From NCBI GenBank assembly GCA_030264375.1, contig JASCQW010000032.1, positions 26,311,958 through 26,374,602 of the forward strand: a stretch of DNA of 62,645 nucleotides, written 5' to 3'. Origin of the DNA: Carcharhinus longimanus (lineage: Eukaryota). A model generated the notes under the pieces. The model ran no database searches. It worked only from the letters and a program-made list of their open reading frames with translations, and had not been told where the DNA came from. Within the stretch, counting starts at the first letter, position 1, and each line of letters starts with the position of its first letter. A program made the position numbers and the translations under genes. Below, piece by piece: positions 1 through 13,197 of the stretch.

Positions 1-70
1 TTATTTGATAACAGTCTTGCATTCCAGTGTTTGCTGTTAATTTATCTGGCACAGATGTGAACATAATGAG

Positions 71-410
71 TAGCACAGTAGTTAGCACTGCTGCTTCACA
101 GCTCCAGGGACCTGGGTTCGATTCCCTGCTCGGGTCACTGTCTGTGTAGTGTTTGCACATTCTCCTCAAGTCTGCGTGAGTTTCCTCCGGGTGCTTCGGT
201 TTTGTCCCACAGTCCAAAGATGTGCGGGTTAGGTTGATTGGCCATGCTAAAAAAAAATTGCCCTTAGTGTCCTTACAAGTGTAGATTAGAGGGATTAGCG
301 GGTAAATATTTGGGGGTAGGGCCTGGATGGGATTATGGTTGGTGCAGACTCAATGGGCCAAATGGCCTCTTTATGCACTGTAGGATTGCTATGTATGTTC
401 TATGTTTCTA
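71..410 (+). mobile_element. HE1/V-SINE type tRNA-derived SINE
   Basis: A-box-like head, B box GGTTCGATTCC at 115-125, V-domain (TTTGCACATTCTCC...GGGTGCTTCGGTTT...CCCACAGTCCAAAGATGTGC), CR1-like tail ending in TTCTATG repeats. Confidence 0.85.
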
Positions 411-2400
411 CAAAAATTAGGAGCAGAAGTAAGCCATCCATCTTTTGAGCCTTCTTTGCCATTCAATAAGATCATGGCTGATCTGATTGTAACCTCAACT
501 CCATATTCCTGCCTACCCCCAAAAACCTTCTACCCCCTTAATAAACAAGAATCTATTTAGCTCTGCCTGAATGGTGTTAGTTAGTCTGGCACTTGATTGC
601 CTGGGCTCACTATCCTTTGTGGCCTCGCCGGGAGAGGTTCTCTCCGGCGAGGAAAACACCAGCTCCCCGTGAACAAGGAACAGTTGTTTTGCCCTCCCCA
701 GTAGAACTGGAGGATGTTGAGGCCCCCCCTGGGGAGGCAGAGGGCAAGGATGGTGCCTCTTGGGCTCTGCCCGGTTGATAGTACGAGCCTAGCACCTTGG
801 CAATGCCCTCCAGGAACCTTGGCACTGCCCACTGGTGGGCAGGGCCTGAAGAGGGCAGGGCCTATGGTGAGTGGGGCCTGGAGGGATGTGGCCTGGAGAG
901 GTGGGTCATATGGGGACAGGACCTGGAGCAGGCAGGGCCAGGCTGAGGTGGCCCGATTGTATGGGGGTGTGCAGCTGCTGCACACCCTGCAGTTGTGATC
1001 GATGGGGGTGGGGGATGTGGAATTGGGGTCCACTGCCCTGCATTGTGATTGGTGGGGGGAAGGTGAGGGCCGCGATCAGTCTGGACGGCAGGGGAGCGGC
1101 GTGGGGCTCGCAAATGGCCACAGGCCCCCACATTTGCAGGGGTTGGGGTTGGTTCAGGCTAGCCTCAGAAACAGAGGCCTGACAACTCCCCTTCTCTCTC
1201 TCTGCCAGGCCTCTGCGTTTGGAATTTTGCATGTACAGAGACTTGCACATGTGCAACAACTCCCTCTAATGCTAGCTGGAGAAGTAAACCCCACCCACAG
1301 TCTAGCCCATTTTATGAGGCACTATATACACAAGGTTGGGTGTAAAAATGCACCCAAAAATGAATCTGCAATTCTCCCATTTTCGTTGCTAGCTGAACAT
1401 TTAGGACAGGATTTTATGGCCTTGCTCATCCTGAATCCGCAAAAAAAACCTGAGATCAACAGACCTTTCCATTGTCTGCCTCTTGCCCACTTTGATTCCT
1501 GTGGAGGTGGGCTGATAAAATTTCGGCCTTAGAACTTTTCTTGTAATATTCTACCTGCGATTTCTCACCAGTGCGCTGTACAATTGAAGCATAACTTCCC
1601 TACTTTTATAATCAACTCCCCTCACAATAAACAAGAACATTGTATTTAGCTTTCCCAATTACTTGCTGTACCTGTATACTAGCCTTTTGTGATTCATGTA
1701 CTAGGACACCCTGATCTCTCTGGAAGTCAGAGCTTTGCAATCTCACACTATTTAGATAATTTTATTTTTTTCTGCCAAAATGGACCATTTCACAGTTTCC
1801 CATATTATACACCATATGCCAAAACATTGTCCATTCACTTAACCTCGCTATGTCCCTTTGTAGCCTCTTAATGTTCTCTTCACAAATTTATTTTCCTAAC
1901 TATCTTTGTGTCATCAGCAAATTTCACAACAGTACCTTTGGTCCCTTCATCCAAGTCACTCATATTAATTGTTATAAGTTAAGGTCCCAGCACTGATCTT
2001 TGTGACACACTGCTCGTTACATCCTGCCAACCAAAAGAGGAACCGTTTATAGGCTGAAAAGGATTAGAAACAGGAGTAGGTCATTCAGTCCCTTGAGCCT
2101 GCTCCACCATTCAGTAGGATCATCGTTGATCTGATATTCCTCATGTTCATTTTCCTACTCTTTCCCTGGAACCCTTGATTCCCTTACTGATCAAAAATTT
2201 ATCTTTCTCAGCCTTTATACCAACTCATTTTCCTGCTAACTGGCCAATCTTCTATCCATGGCAATATATCCCCCCCGACACCATGAGTCTTTATTTTCCA
2301 TAATAACTTTGTTGTGGCACTTCATCAGATGTCTTATGGATATGTAATTACAGTACATTCAGTGGTTCCTCTTTATTGACAGTGCATCTGACTTGCCTCC
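411..2400 (-). mobile_element. CR1 LINE 3' fragments, interrupted by Harbinger-like inserts (about 575-1530)
   Basis: Reverse CR1 3' UTR (ggagcagaagtaagccat...gatcatggctgatc) and RT C-terminal remnants (minus strand ...FAD DTKI-like segment at about 1900-1925). Confidence 0.65.
1404..1528. mobile_element. 125-bp Harbinger-type MITE with TTA target duplication
   Basis: Imperfect TIRs GGACAGGATTTTAT / ATAAAATTTCGGCC flanked by TTA at 1401-1403 and 1529-1531. Confidence 0.7.
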
Positions 2401-2865
2401 ATATTCTCTAATCTTATTCATTAGTCAATGATATGGCACTTTATTGAAGCCTTTTGGCAATCTAATTATATTACATTATGTTTTGCTATTCACCTGGGTT
2501 TTTACCAAGTTGGGTTGACTTGGTGCCTTTTAAAATGGCCTGATTTTGGGATTCTTGACATATTCCTGAGCTATGTGATTTTTGAGAGTGCCTTTAAATG
2601 ATCTGGGCTGTTTCCTGTCAGACCACATTCAGCGCATTTGACCTGGCTGGCTCCATTGAGGAGATAGGCAATTTTTATGGAATCACTGCTCATAGCCCGT
2701 TAGAGGAGTTTGAATCCAAAGGTACATAGGGGAACTTTTAAAATGTAAGTTCAAAAGTTCATGTCTCCATGCCAAGATTAACCATTCCACCCACCCACAA
2801 TATTACTTTATCCCCCCATGTCAAGTTCCACACTTCCATCTACTCTCTAATTCTGTCATGCCCCT

Positions 2866-3070
2866 TAGTCCAAAGATGTGCAGGTTATGTTGATTGGCCA
2901 TGCTAAATTGCTCCTTATGTCGCAGGATGTGTAGGTTAGGGGGATTAGCAGAGTAAATACGTGGAGTTATAGAGTTAGGGTCTGGGTGGGATGCTCTGAT
3001 GGAGAGTCGGTGCAGGATCGATGGGCTGAATGGTCTGCGTCAGCATTGTAGAGACTCTAATTCTATGATT
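2866..3070 (+). mobile_element. HE1-type SINE 3' half
   Basis: agtccaaagatgtgcaggtta...ggccatgctaaattg...ctctaattctatg, similar to 210-400. Confidence 0.75.
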
Positions 3071-3579
3071 ATGCCCATGAGGGATGTAAAAGGTGGGTGA
3101 AGGGGAAGAGCTTGGCAAAGGAGACATAAGGGGACTAGGGTTGGGTGGAAAGGCAGATCTTGACATAGGGGTCATAGGCCTGAGGGCGTGAGGTGGCATG
3201 CATGGGACATGGGGAATGTTTGGAGGTTGTGAGGCTGAGGGCTGGAGGGCCTTCTTGTTTTTGTCCCGCTGGGACAAGGTCACACAATATCAGGGTGGGC
3301 CTTTTAAACAAGCTTGATGTGGACTTGTGCCCATCAAACTATAAGCCTCTGGCGACAGGCGAGTGACCTGTTCAGGAGAAACTTCACCATGGGAACAGAA
3401 AGAAACCTGCCTGAGGCACTACGAGGTATGGGAGGAGAAATAACAACAATATTGCCTGTACTATCTTTTTCCTAGATTCTTTTAAAATATGTGGGTGCAG
3501 CCTATTTGGATTAAATAAGCATTATATCCTTTTTGAATTTGAATGGTTTATTTAACATTTCCCTACTTTTTTATTTTAA

Positions 3580-3740
3580 AAGATACAAAAATCTCAGATC
3601 ATGTACCAACCGATTCAAGAACAGCTCCTTCCCTGCTGCCATCAGACTTTTGAATGGACCTACCTTATATTAAGTTGATCTTTCTCTACACCCTAGCTAT
3701 GACTGTAATACTATATTCTGCATCCTCTCCTTTCCTTCGC
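3580..3740 (+). mobile_element. Rex1/Babar-type LINE 3' end fragment
   Basis: Encodes ...TNRFKNSSFPAAIRLLNG, the typical Rex1-type ORF C-terminus, followed by 3' UTR. Confidence 0.55.
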
Positions 3741-4110
3741 TGTTGGCCACTGGCAGGACCTTCCAGTTGTCAGAAGATTTTCCCATTGTTCACATCTTCA
3801 CTGTTGGGGAACCTACCTTAAGTCTACCTGACTTTTCTCCCTGAAGCAAAGTAATTATTTGATAGTCCTGCTATTTCACAATTGCTATTTGTGAATTTAT
3901 CTTGTCCATCCTCTATGGCCTTATTTCCATTTTTCCTTTTTTGAAAAAATTTATGCGCTTGTAGAACATTTCACTATTTTGTTTTATGTTTGTACCCGAC
4001 ATGTGGTCTTGCTATGCAAACATCAGAAAGCAAGAAAAATACGTCTGCAGTTGGTAAATAAGATACTCAAACATTAATGCAAGTTCAAATCTATGTTTTG
4101 TATAACACAG

Positions 4111-4297
4111 GGTCTGGGAAAGTAAACTGCTGCTGCTGCAGGAAATCATGGATGAATGTTTAAAAGTACAGGCAACCTGGCTATACTTGGAACCTATTTT
4201 CAGCTCTCCTGATATCATGGCCCAGATGCCTGAAGAGGGAAGGCGATTTACTACTGTAGATAAGACTTGGAAAGAACTTATGAAAATAGTTATCATG
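4111..4297 (+). CDS. DNAH7: DNAH7 internal exon 1 of 15 in window (linker/N-terminal region 2)
   Basis: cag|G acceptor, ATG|gtaagt donor; translates [62 protein letters not shown], typical of DNAH7; 187 nt, ends phase 0. Confidence 0.93.
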
Positions 4298-4957
4298 GTA
4301 AGTTAAAGAATTACTGAATGTTGGTTATAATAATATCACCCAAGTAATTGATAACTAGTTGGATTGCAAAGCCTGTATTTGTTGGCCTGTTGCATTATGA
4401 CTCATTTTATTTTGTAATAAAAATTATCATTGGTGTATGATACATGTTCTTTTGCCAGTGCAATCCTATTGAGTTATTCAAAACTGCAAGTCTTCGAACT
4501 TCAGGATTTGTTACAATGTAATCATATCAATAATCCAACACTACAATTATTTTCTTCGCCTATTTCCCCACCGATTTTCATTCCTCCCATGCTCTTCACA
4601 AGGTGTAGAACTCTTGTTATGCTCTATGTTCATTGATAACTCTTTGACACCTTGTCTAAGGAGTTGTTATTAAAATCTAAGCCTCATACTGGCTGCTCGT
4701 GAAACTGAGGATTTTCACCATTAACTTTGAATGTATCCTTATCTGATATCCTCATTCATATATTTCCAGTGGTTGATGGATAGTGATCAAGACTAGAGAT
4801 GCTGCTTATTTTCTTTATTTTAATCCAGAACTGCTAGTTAATAGTAAGAGTCATTACTACTGCTTTAGCTGAATACATCAGGCACCAGCTCAGATATTCA
4901 CTGTAAAACATCCTGCGATTTTGGAGAAATTATGTTTTTATTGTCTTTACAGCTAAA

Positions 4958-7520
4958 GGACAGAATTTTCCAAAAAAATTCTATGTGTCAAGTGGGTGAG
5001 GAAACAGGAGGTTTTCTTGCCTGCTTTTTCAGTGCGCTTACGGTACTCTGATTATGGCATCAGAGTGGGAGCGAGGGGGATACAGACCGTAATCCCACCA
5101 GAGAGGCCAGCAGCAGAGTGCTTAGAGTGTCATTGTGCATGCACAATCCTAGTATGCTGGGAGATTAGTTTACATCTCTCCCACGGATATGGCCTTCACC
5201 CCATTGGAATGGCTGCCCTCGTGGAAATCCCTGGCTTCTCAGCCCCCACCACTCTCCCCACCAACTCCCTGGCCCGTTGTCCCACATGCTCATGCCCACA
5301 GCCCTTATTCATACATGGGCCCAGCCACCAGTGTGCAGTTGGAGAATAGGTAGGAGTCAGACTTGTGTGGCATTAGGGCAGCATCACATTGTGCCTCATA
5401 GTGCATCATCATCACCTTCCAGCTTGGACCAAAAACCTGCTAGCATGGTCAACCCAGGCCCATCACCTTGGACCTATTGGAGGGGTGAGGGATAGGAAAT
5501 TTGGTGGGGGTTGGGGGAAGTTTGGAGACGTTGGGAGGTGCAATGTCTCCCAGGGTGCGGTGGGTGGGTGGGGACTGCAGCCACCAGACTGCACGACAGC
5601 TACAATGTGAACCAGGCTGCAATGAGTGCCTCCCTTGCCAGTCTGCACTGCTGGGCCCTTGCCGTTGATGCCTGTCCTCCATCCTCCAGTCCTCCTTCGC
5701 TTCCTCCTCCACAGCCTCCAGGTGTGGCTCATCATCCTCTTGCTCCTCTTCCTTCTCCAGGAAGTTTTCCCACTGCTGCGTCAGGTTGTGGAGCCCACAG
5801 CAGACAATGATGATGCAGGAGACCCTCATGAGGGTGTATTGGAGGGCATTCTCTAAGCAGTCCATGCATCAGAACTGCTTCTTTATGACCCAATGCACCT
5901 CTCAATAATGGACCAGGTCGCACTGTAGCGGGTGTCTGCCTTGGTCTAGGGNNNNNNNNNNAGGGCCTCTGCACTGGTGTCATCAACCATGATCTTAGCA
6001 AGTATCCCTTGTTCCCCACCAACCATCCTAGTTGCCTGGGCTGGTTCTTGGAGAGCTTAGGGATGTCCAAACTATGAATGATGTAACTGTTGTGCATGCT
6101 TCCCGGGTGGTGTGCATACACATGTAGGATCTTGAGCTTGTGATCGCACACAATCTATACATTGAGAGAATAGAAACTCTTTCAATTAATGAAGTGCAGT
6201 CTCTGACCTAATGGGAATCATAGGGTGACGTGTGTGCCATCCATAACCCTCTGCACATGGGGCATGCCAGCCCAGGCTAACTGTTGGGCCTGGTCAATTT
6301 CAAAGTATATGCAATAGCCAGACCAGAGATACGTGATCTGGCGGATGCACTTGTGGATTGATGTCTGTGATATGCCACAGATCTGTTCACTGGATGCCTG
6401 GGAGGAGCCGATGGCATAGAAGTTGAGGTCTGCCTTCATTTCCACCAGGAGTGGGTGTCCTCCTGTCCCATGAGGTATCATGTTTCCAACGTCCTGACAA
6501 AGGTGCTGCACTGTCTCCTTATTTAGTCTGAGCCGATGCTGGCATATGGCTTTTGACATGCCCTCAAAGGACCTGTGCGTTCTGTTGACCCTGGGTCTCC
6601 GCCTCCCCATTCCCATGGAGTTAGTGGACCTCATATGGCACCCCTCTGGGGTCTCTCTGCAGCCTGGGCTATGCACTCACCATCGGCTGGTGTCAGCAGA
6701 CCCCCGACCTGTACATCACGCAGCAACTTTGCAGTGCCTGGGTGCCCCCCATTCCCTTCCCCTTCACTACTGCTGTGCCATACCCAGACTTTTATGGAGC
6801 AGCTGGAAATGATGCCAATGTGGCATCACACCAGCGAGGAGGTAGCATACAGGGAGGGGGGAAAGTGTCATCCTGAACTTGCTAATGATATGTAAAGATA
6901 TGGAAAAACAGTGAAAATGCTCGTCGCACCCATTTTCGGCACAAATCCGATCCTGCTAAAATAAAATCGCCTGAGAAGATCACAGAGGACAGTGACCACC
7001 TGGCATACCAACAGTGGCCACCAAGCGCTCTGGCAGTAGTCACTAGGCACTCTAGCAGTGCCAGTTGGGAACTGTCAAGGGGATGGAGCCTACGTAGAGG
7101 CTATGATAGGGGAGATATGCAGGGGAGCTATGACGGAGGTCCATGCAGCTGGGCCAAACAGGGGTGAATTATGTCAGGATGGAGGGGCATGTCAGGGTCC
7201 TAATGGGAAGCCAGTAATTGGGCCATGATACCTCGTTGCTGGCAACACATGTTGGAGAGGGGATGGGGAATATGCCGCTGATAAGTGGGAAGGGTCTCCC
7301 AGTACACTGTGAGATCGGGCACCCTTGCGAAATGGCACCTGAGTACTCTGAAGCCAGACTCATTAGCATGTTTAGGCCCTGACCCCTCCCAGTACCGGAA
7401 TGCAACTCACCATTCTCAAAAATGCGACTGCACTGCGGAGTGTGCCTGAGAGACTAGCTTGGATTGCTCTTGCTTTCTTGCCATGATAATAAATAGTTGG
7501 CTTTTGGGAGAATTCCACCC
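4958..7520 (-). mobile_element. Decayed PIF/Harbinger DNA transposon with HARBI1-like transposase pseudogene (about 5450-6700, minus)
   Basis: TIR-like ends GGACAGAATTTTCC / GGAGAATTCCACCC; minus-strand fragments RLRLNKETVQHLC, LNFYAIGSSQ..CGISQTSIHKCI, MDGTHVTL, CDHKLKILHVYAHHPGSMHNSYI, GWLVGNKGYLLRSWLMTP, IIIVCCGLHNL; frameshifted. Confidence 0.85.
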
Positions 7521-7604
7521 CTTGTGTTCTAGTTCTGTTGGTAATCAATGGATGTTCTGATTTATCTTTAAACATTAATGGCCCCCAATAGTACAGTAAC
7601 AACT

Positions 7605-8715
7605 GTCATTGTCTGACACTTCAGTGACTTGAATGTTACTTGCCGTTTATCAGCCCAAGCTTGTATGATTTTCAGGTCTTGCTGTATGGTGGCCTGGTTT
7701 GCTTCAGTATCTTAGCAGTTGCGAATGTTATTGAACACTGTGCAATCAGTAAATATCCCTGCTTTTAATCCTATGATGAAGGGAAATCCAGTGCTGAAGC
7801 AATTGAAGGTCGATGGACCTAGGCTACAACCGTGAAGAAATTCTGCAATGATGTCCTGGGGCTGTGGTGATTGGTTTCCAACAATCTTTTTTTGTGCTTG
7901 GTATTTCTTCAACCATGGAAAGATTTCCACCTGATTCCAGTTGATTTCAATTTTGCTGAGGTTCCTTGATACCACAATAGCCAAACGCTGATTGCAATGC
8001 AGCTCTTTTATCCATAGTTGAACCAAGGCTGTAACAAGATCTGGAAATAAGTGTATCTGGTGGAATCCAAGCTGAACATTTGAAAGCAGGTTATTATTGA
8101 GCAAGGGCCACTGATAGCATTGTTGATGACATCTTCAGTCTCTTTACTGATGATTGACAGTAGACTGATGCCAGACTAGATTTTTCCTGTTTTTTATGCA
8201 CAGGATATATCTTGGTAATTTTCCATTTGGTCAGATAGATTTCCTGTACGGTAGCTGTACTAGAACAGTTTGGCGAGGTGTGCAACTATTTCTGGAACAC
8301 AATTCTTTGCTACTACAGCTAAGATATTGTTGGGCCTCCAGCTTTAGATGTATCTTATTCCTTTAGCCATTTCTTGATATCATGTGGAGTGAATTAACTG
8401 AAAATGGGTGTGTATGATGGTTCGGACCTCAAAAGGAGGCTGTGATGAATGATCCAACAGGCACTGCTGTCTGGAAATGGTTGAAAATACTTCAGCCTTA
8501 TTTTTTGCACTCAAGTGCACTGATTGTACTTCCTCATTATTGAGGATGCGGGTGTCTTTGGAACCTCCTCCCAGTTTGTTGTTTAATTGTCCACCACCAA
8601 TCACAACTCCATGTGGCAGAATTGTAGAGCTTTGATCTGATTTGTTGATTATAGGACTGCTTAGTTGTGTCTATGACATGCTTCTTCAGCTGTTGAACAT
8701 GCATATAGCCTGGTG
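7605..8715 (-). mobile_element. Non-LTR LINE RT fragment (CR1/L2 group)
   Basis: Minus-strand KWKITKIYPVHKKQEKS, LNNNLLSNVQLGFHQ..PDLVTALVQLWIKEL, degenerate PQGSVLGP region. Confidence 0.7.
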
Positions 8716-9396
8716 TGGATTGGAAACAGGTTGGGGTTGGATTTGAGATGTTTCAAGTTTTTACATTTCATGCAACACCAACACACTTATTTTGGCAGAT
8801 TAAAATTAGCTCCTATTAACTTTGTTTGTCTCTCCACAAATGTAGTCTGACTTGCAGTGAATTTCAAGCATGTTCTGTTTTCAGAGTTCCAGTTTCTGCA
8901 ATATTCTATAGATTGGAGTTCTCAACCTTGGCTAAAGAATATGTTTTAATCTCAGTTCAAATGGCATGTGATGGAAGGGCACACTTACCAGATCTTTCCC
9001 ATTCCACAAGGAAATTTTAGTTGCTCTGCTTAACGCTTCCCCTCTCCTCCACTGAGATTCCTCACCTGGTCGTCTTATCTCCTGCCAGGCCATTCACCTA
9101 AAATGTGATGATGGCTTCCTACCATTGTAATCTCTCATCAATCAGTGGAACCTGTCTCCCTAGCTCCACTTTGCTGAAAGAAACTTACCTCCTCATTTAA
9201 GGCCACTTCAGAATATAGCTGCCCTTTTTTCTCATCCTGCAACCTGAGTGATGGCCACTGACTTTAACTGCCTGTTTTGGGCATGAATTCAGAAAGTGCT
9301 ATTTTTAAATGAAACACAAATGTGTCTGTTTGTACATAATTTGATGCGAGTTAAAATCCTACATGACTTGATACTGAATAGAAAACAAATAATTTA

Positions 9397-10038
9397 GGTT
9401 GAAATTTACCACCCCCTGATACCAGGCTGGAGAATTCGAGGCTGGTAATGTGCTTGGAGAAGGTATCAAGATGGGAACCTGAGGTTTTCCCACTGGGCAA
9501 CCAATTGAGCCACTTAAGCATCCAATTAAGGGCTACTTCCCACCCCCATCTGCATTTTGCCAATATTGGGAGGTATCATCAATGTGTAGAGAGGCTGCCA
9601 GGTAAATCCTGGCAGCCTCTCAGCTGGTTTCTTGGGGGCTGCTCCATGGCGCACAGAGTGACCCCTAGAGGCAACGGCTGCCCCTGTGGCTAAGGTGCCA
9701 GTGTTGTAACACAGTCCCACTGTTCAGCAGGGCCTATCTGCATGGCAGTCAGCTGTCTGCTTATCTTCAAGGGCACCTTGGCATGTAGATGCGCTCTTTG
9801 TCATCCTGCAGCCTCAGGAATTGCCCCCACTCTTTGTGTTACTGCTGACCCTCTGATTGAGCCAGCAGTTCATTGAGGCTGGCAACCATTTTTGTTTGGT
9901 TGGTGATTCAGACAGTGGTCTGTTGAGTGGCTGCAGTTGGCAAAATGTTGCACCTTTGTCCTTCCTCTGCCGATGTAGGAACAACTCCTGTTTTCTGTCT
10001 TACTGATGGAATTTCTGAACTTTAAACAAAATTCAGCC
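9397..10038. mobile_element. Non-autonomous Harbinger-like element
   Basis: TIR-like ends GGTTGAAATTT / AAAATTCAGCC around a GC-richer non-coding interior. Confidence 0.45.
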
Positions 10039-10634
10039 ATTTGTTTCTATTGACACAGGTTTATAACTCAAATCCTTGAAAGGAAATGTTATCAGTAATT
10101 AGGATGTACAATTTGTTGTTTTAGTTAATATTGTACAATTTCCAATTGCCCAGCATGTGCTACCATTTTGACTAATGCTTTACAATTTAAGGCACAAAAT
10201 GTGTGTGAATGCTAGTTGGCTTTGAATGACCAGGTTTCTGCCAGTAAGATGTTTGAAATGCTGTACAACAAATAGACCCAGGAGAAAACGGAAGCGATTA
10301 ATGGATTCTCTGGTCCTGCCAGCAACAGACGCTGGCCTGTGGGTTTCATGGCAGCACAGGGTGACATCATTGTGAAATCCCATTGACAACGGCGGAACCA
10401 CAGAATCCTGCCAACAGTGAACAGTACACCACCTTTCACCACCGGGAAACATGTGGCTGGAGGCTGGAAAATCTCTTCTATTCATTGCCATCAAAATAAG
10501 AAATGGCAAGATTGATATTTCTGTTTTTAAAAGCAAAAGACTATTCCCACATATTCATTCCATGAATATTTTGATTTTTATGACTGATTTTCCCAATGCA
10601 ACCAGCTGTATTAAGTAAAATGTTACCTCTCCAG

Positions 10635-10828
10635 GATACGCATGTTCTATCTGTGGTATCCATAGATAAAATGATCGAAAAACTAAAAAAGTCAAATGCT
10701 CTGCTGGATTTGATCCTAAAAGGACTTAATAATTACTTGGAAAAGAAGCGTCTGTACTTCCCACGATTTTTCTTCCTGTCTAATGATGAGTTGCTGGAGA
10801 TCCTTTCAGAGACCAAAGATCCTACCAG
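10635..10828 (+). CDS. DNAH7: DNAH7 exon 2 in window
   Basis: AG/GT bounded; [64 protein letters not shown](R); 194 nt, phase compatible. Confidence 0.95.
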
Positions 10829-11916
10829 GTATATTTTTGATGCATAATCAACTTAAAACTTGGTGTTGTTGTTATGAAGTTTTAGATAGCTATTCCTGTT
10901 TAAACTCTCAAATGATTGCATGCAACTGAAAACCTTTTAACTGGAACCTAATTAGTGGATGAATATTTTTGAGATTGGGAGGGTTGGGTAGCAGATGTAA
11001 ATCAGCCAACATAAATAAGTTGTGTGATATTAAAAATAATTATTTAAATTAAGTACCTAGCATCCAGATATTGGGCCGTGGCCTTTATTTTCATGGGGTC
11101 TGCCAGCCAATGCTGGTGTCACAGTGGCCCTCAAGCAAATGGGCCAAGTGTCTGGGCGGGGGTCAGGTCTGGGAATAAATTGGGTGTTGGATCCTAGATT
11201 AGGCTGGCGAAGGGAGTGGGGCCTGGGTCAAGTCAGACTGTAGGTCAGAATCTGGCACCACAAGATTGGGTAAAGAGATTGCGAGCATGCAAATTGGGTG
11301 CGGTTGGGGGATTGGGAACAGCAGAGATTGTGAGATCAAACCAGGAAATGGAGGGGAAAGTTTGGTGCGGATCGAGAATGGGGAAGATCACGTGGGAGTA
11401 GTATTTGGAATGGGCAGCAATAATGAGTTTCAAGTGGGGTCTGAAGTAGCATTCCTGCTTCCCCTAGTTCCAGATTCTGATGTTATTTGCATTCTTGTTT
11501 GGGAGGTGATTCCTAGTCCCAACTGTTGTGAGCAAAACAATTTTAGTAAGTTGGGATCAAGAAGCTAACATTTGCTTCAGGTGTGAACAAAGGATCTTTT
11601 TGTATCAAAATAGTGGGCAGCATTCTGTCCAAGAAATTGCGTATACATCCTGTATGCCGATGGTTTAGTGGAAGAACTAATCTCCAGAAAAAGAACTACT
11701 GTCTGGTATTGTTTGTGGGTTACACAGGAAATAATTTTTAGAATGGCATTGCTAGCAGAGGACTTATCAATTGACAATCATTCCATAAATTTTAAGGAAA
11801 AAATCTGCCTAATGAAGAAAATAAGCAGAAACTGAACAATAGTATATTCTAATAGAGATTATGGACATTGTTAAGCTATGCATTTTAAACTATGAAGATT
11901 TTGATCTTTGCTTCAG

Positions 11917-12115
11917 AGTACAACCTCACTTGAAAAAGTGTTTTGAGGGCATTGCAACAGTTCAATTTACTGATATCTTGGAAATAACCCATATGAAAAG
12001 CAGTGAAGGTGAAATAGTGGAACTTATTGACATAATTTCCACTGCAAAAGCTAGAGGTCAAGTGGAAAAGTGGCTGCTAGAACTTGAGTCAGCCATGGTG
12101 AAATCCATTCACAAG
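11917..12115 (+). CDS. DNAH7: DNAH7 exon 3 in window
   Basis: AG/GT bounded; [66 protein letters not shown]; 199 nt. Confidence 0.95.
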
Positions 12116-12865
12116 GTAATGTGTGCTTTTTTTATTTATGTCTATATGCATTAATCAATTTGAAGCAAAAATAATTCTTCTTTCTTCAGCATGGTGAGGA
12201 TTGTTTTTATTTTATGCCTCGATAAACAAATATAATTCATGCAGCATTTGAGGAAGATTATACACAATGATTAATAACTGATAAGTAAGGGGCATTTTTA
12301 ACCTAACCAACCCAGGCCATGCTGTTAAGCCTGCTTTGTACAGCCTTATTCCTACTGGCTTTGTACAGCCTTATTCCTATTGGCCACCTTTACAACCATG
12401 CAGTTCTTAGGAAAACACCAGAAACTATTGGAAACATCATGAAAGCACACAACTGGAGGTCCTATAAGGTTATTTAAACCCTTATGAAATTTTAACATGA
12501 AATTGCACTAATGCACAAGATCGACACTCTTGGGATTAGACTCTTAGGACAATATGAAGCACAAATTGAAGCTGCATACACCTACAACCAATTGGATCAT
12601 AGTGAATAGGAATGGTTCAACCTTCCAGCTTCTTTTTGAAATTTTTTGCTTTCCTTATCTTGACTAAAGCTCACAGCTTAGCCATATATTCACTTTGATT
12701 TGAATGAAGGTAAAGGGGGAGCAACATCTTCAGCAACTAGCATGAGGAGCAGGTGGGTGCACTGGAGTACAAGTGGAATGATTGCTTGTTGGAGGGCCTA
12801 CCCAAATCCCAAAAGTTATAGGTGAAGACACTTTTCTGGATGTATCAAAGAATCCCAAAGAATCC

Positions 12866-13197
12866 AAAGAGGCTATTCAGCCCATTGAGTCTGCACTGAC
12901 TCTGACAGAGTATCTTACCCAAGCCCTCTCCCCCACCCTATCTCTGTAACCCCACACATTTACCATGGCTAATCCATATAACCTACATATCTTGGGGCAC
13001 TAAAGGGCAATTTACCATGGCAAATCCACTTAACCTGCACGTCTTTGGACTGTGGGAGGAAACCGAGCATCTGGAGGAAACCCATGTAGACACAGGGCAA
13101 ACGTGCAAGCTCTCTACTGTCACTCAAGGCTGGAATTGGACCTAGGTCCCTGTAGCTGTGAGATAGCAGTGCTAACGACTGTGCTGCTGTGCTGCCC
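12866..13197 (-). mobile_element. HE1-type SINE
   Basis: Reverse complement of tRNA head, V-domain (ctttggactgtgggaggaaaccg) and tail. Confidence 0.8.

Noticed and set aside
71-135. tRNA-like A/B boxes (also at 34342-34400)
   Set aside because: SINE heads without a full cloverleaf; not tRNA genes
623-652. GC-rich hairpin cctcgccgggagag..ctctccggcgagg
   Set aside because: Short palindrome inside a DNA-transposon-like repeat; no evidence for an ncRNA or terminator
581-1532. Cluster of overlapping 60-176 aa ORFs
   Set aside because: GC-rich interior of a non-autonomous repeat; no recognisable domains and no splice phase linking them to DNAH7
5450-6700. Possible domesticated HARBI1 gene
   Set aside because: Multiple frameshifts and stops, catalytic Asp altered (GNKGY), and TIR-like ends present; a decayed transposon
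12333-12385. Short tandem duplications (also 23599-23660 and 25163-25240) and an AT palindrome at 38885-38906
   Set aside because: Ordinary slippage or low-complexity events
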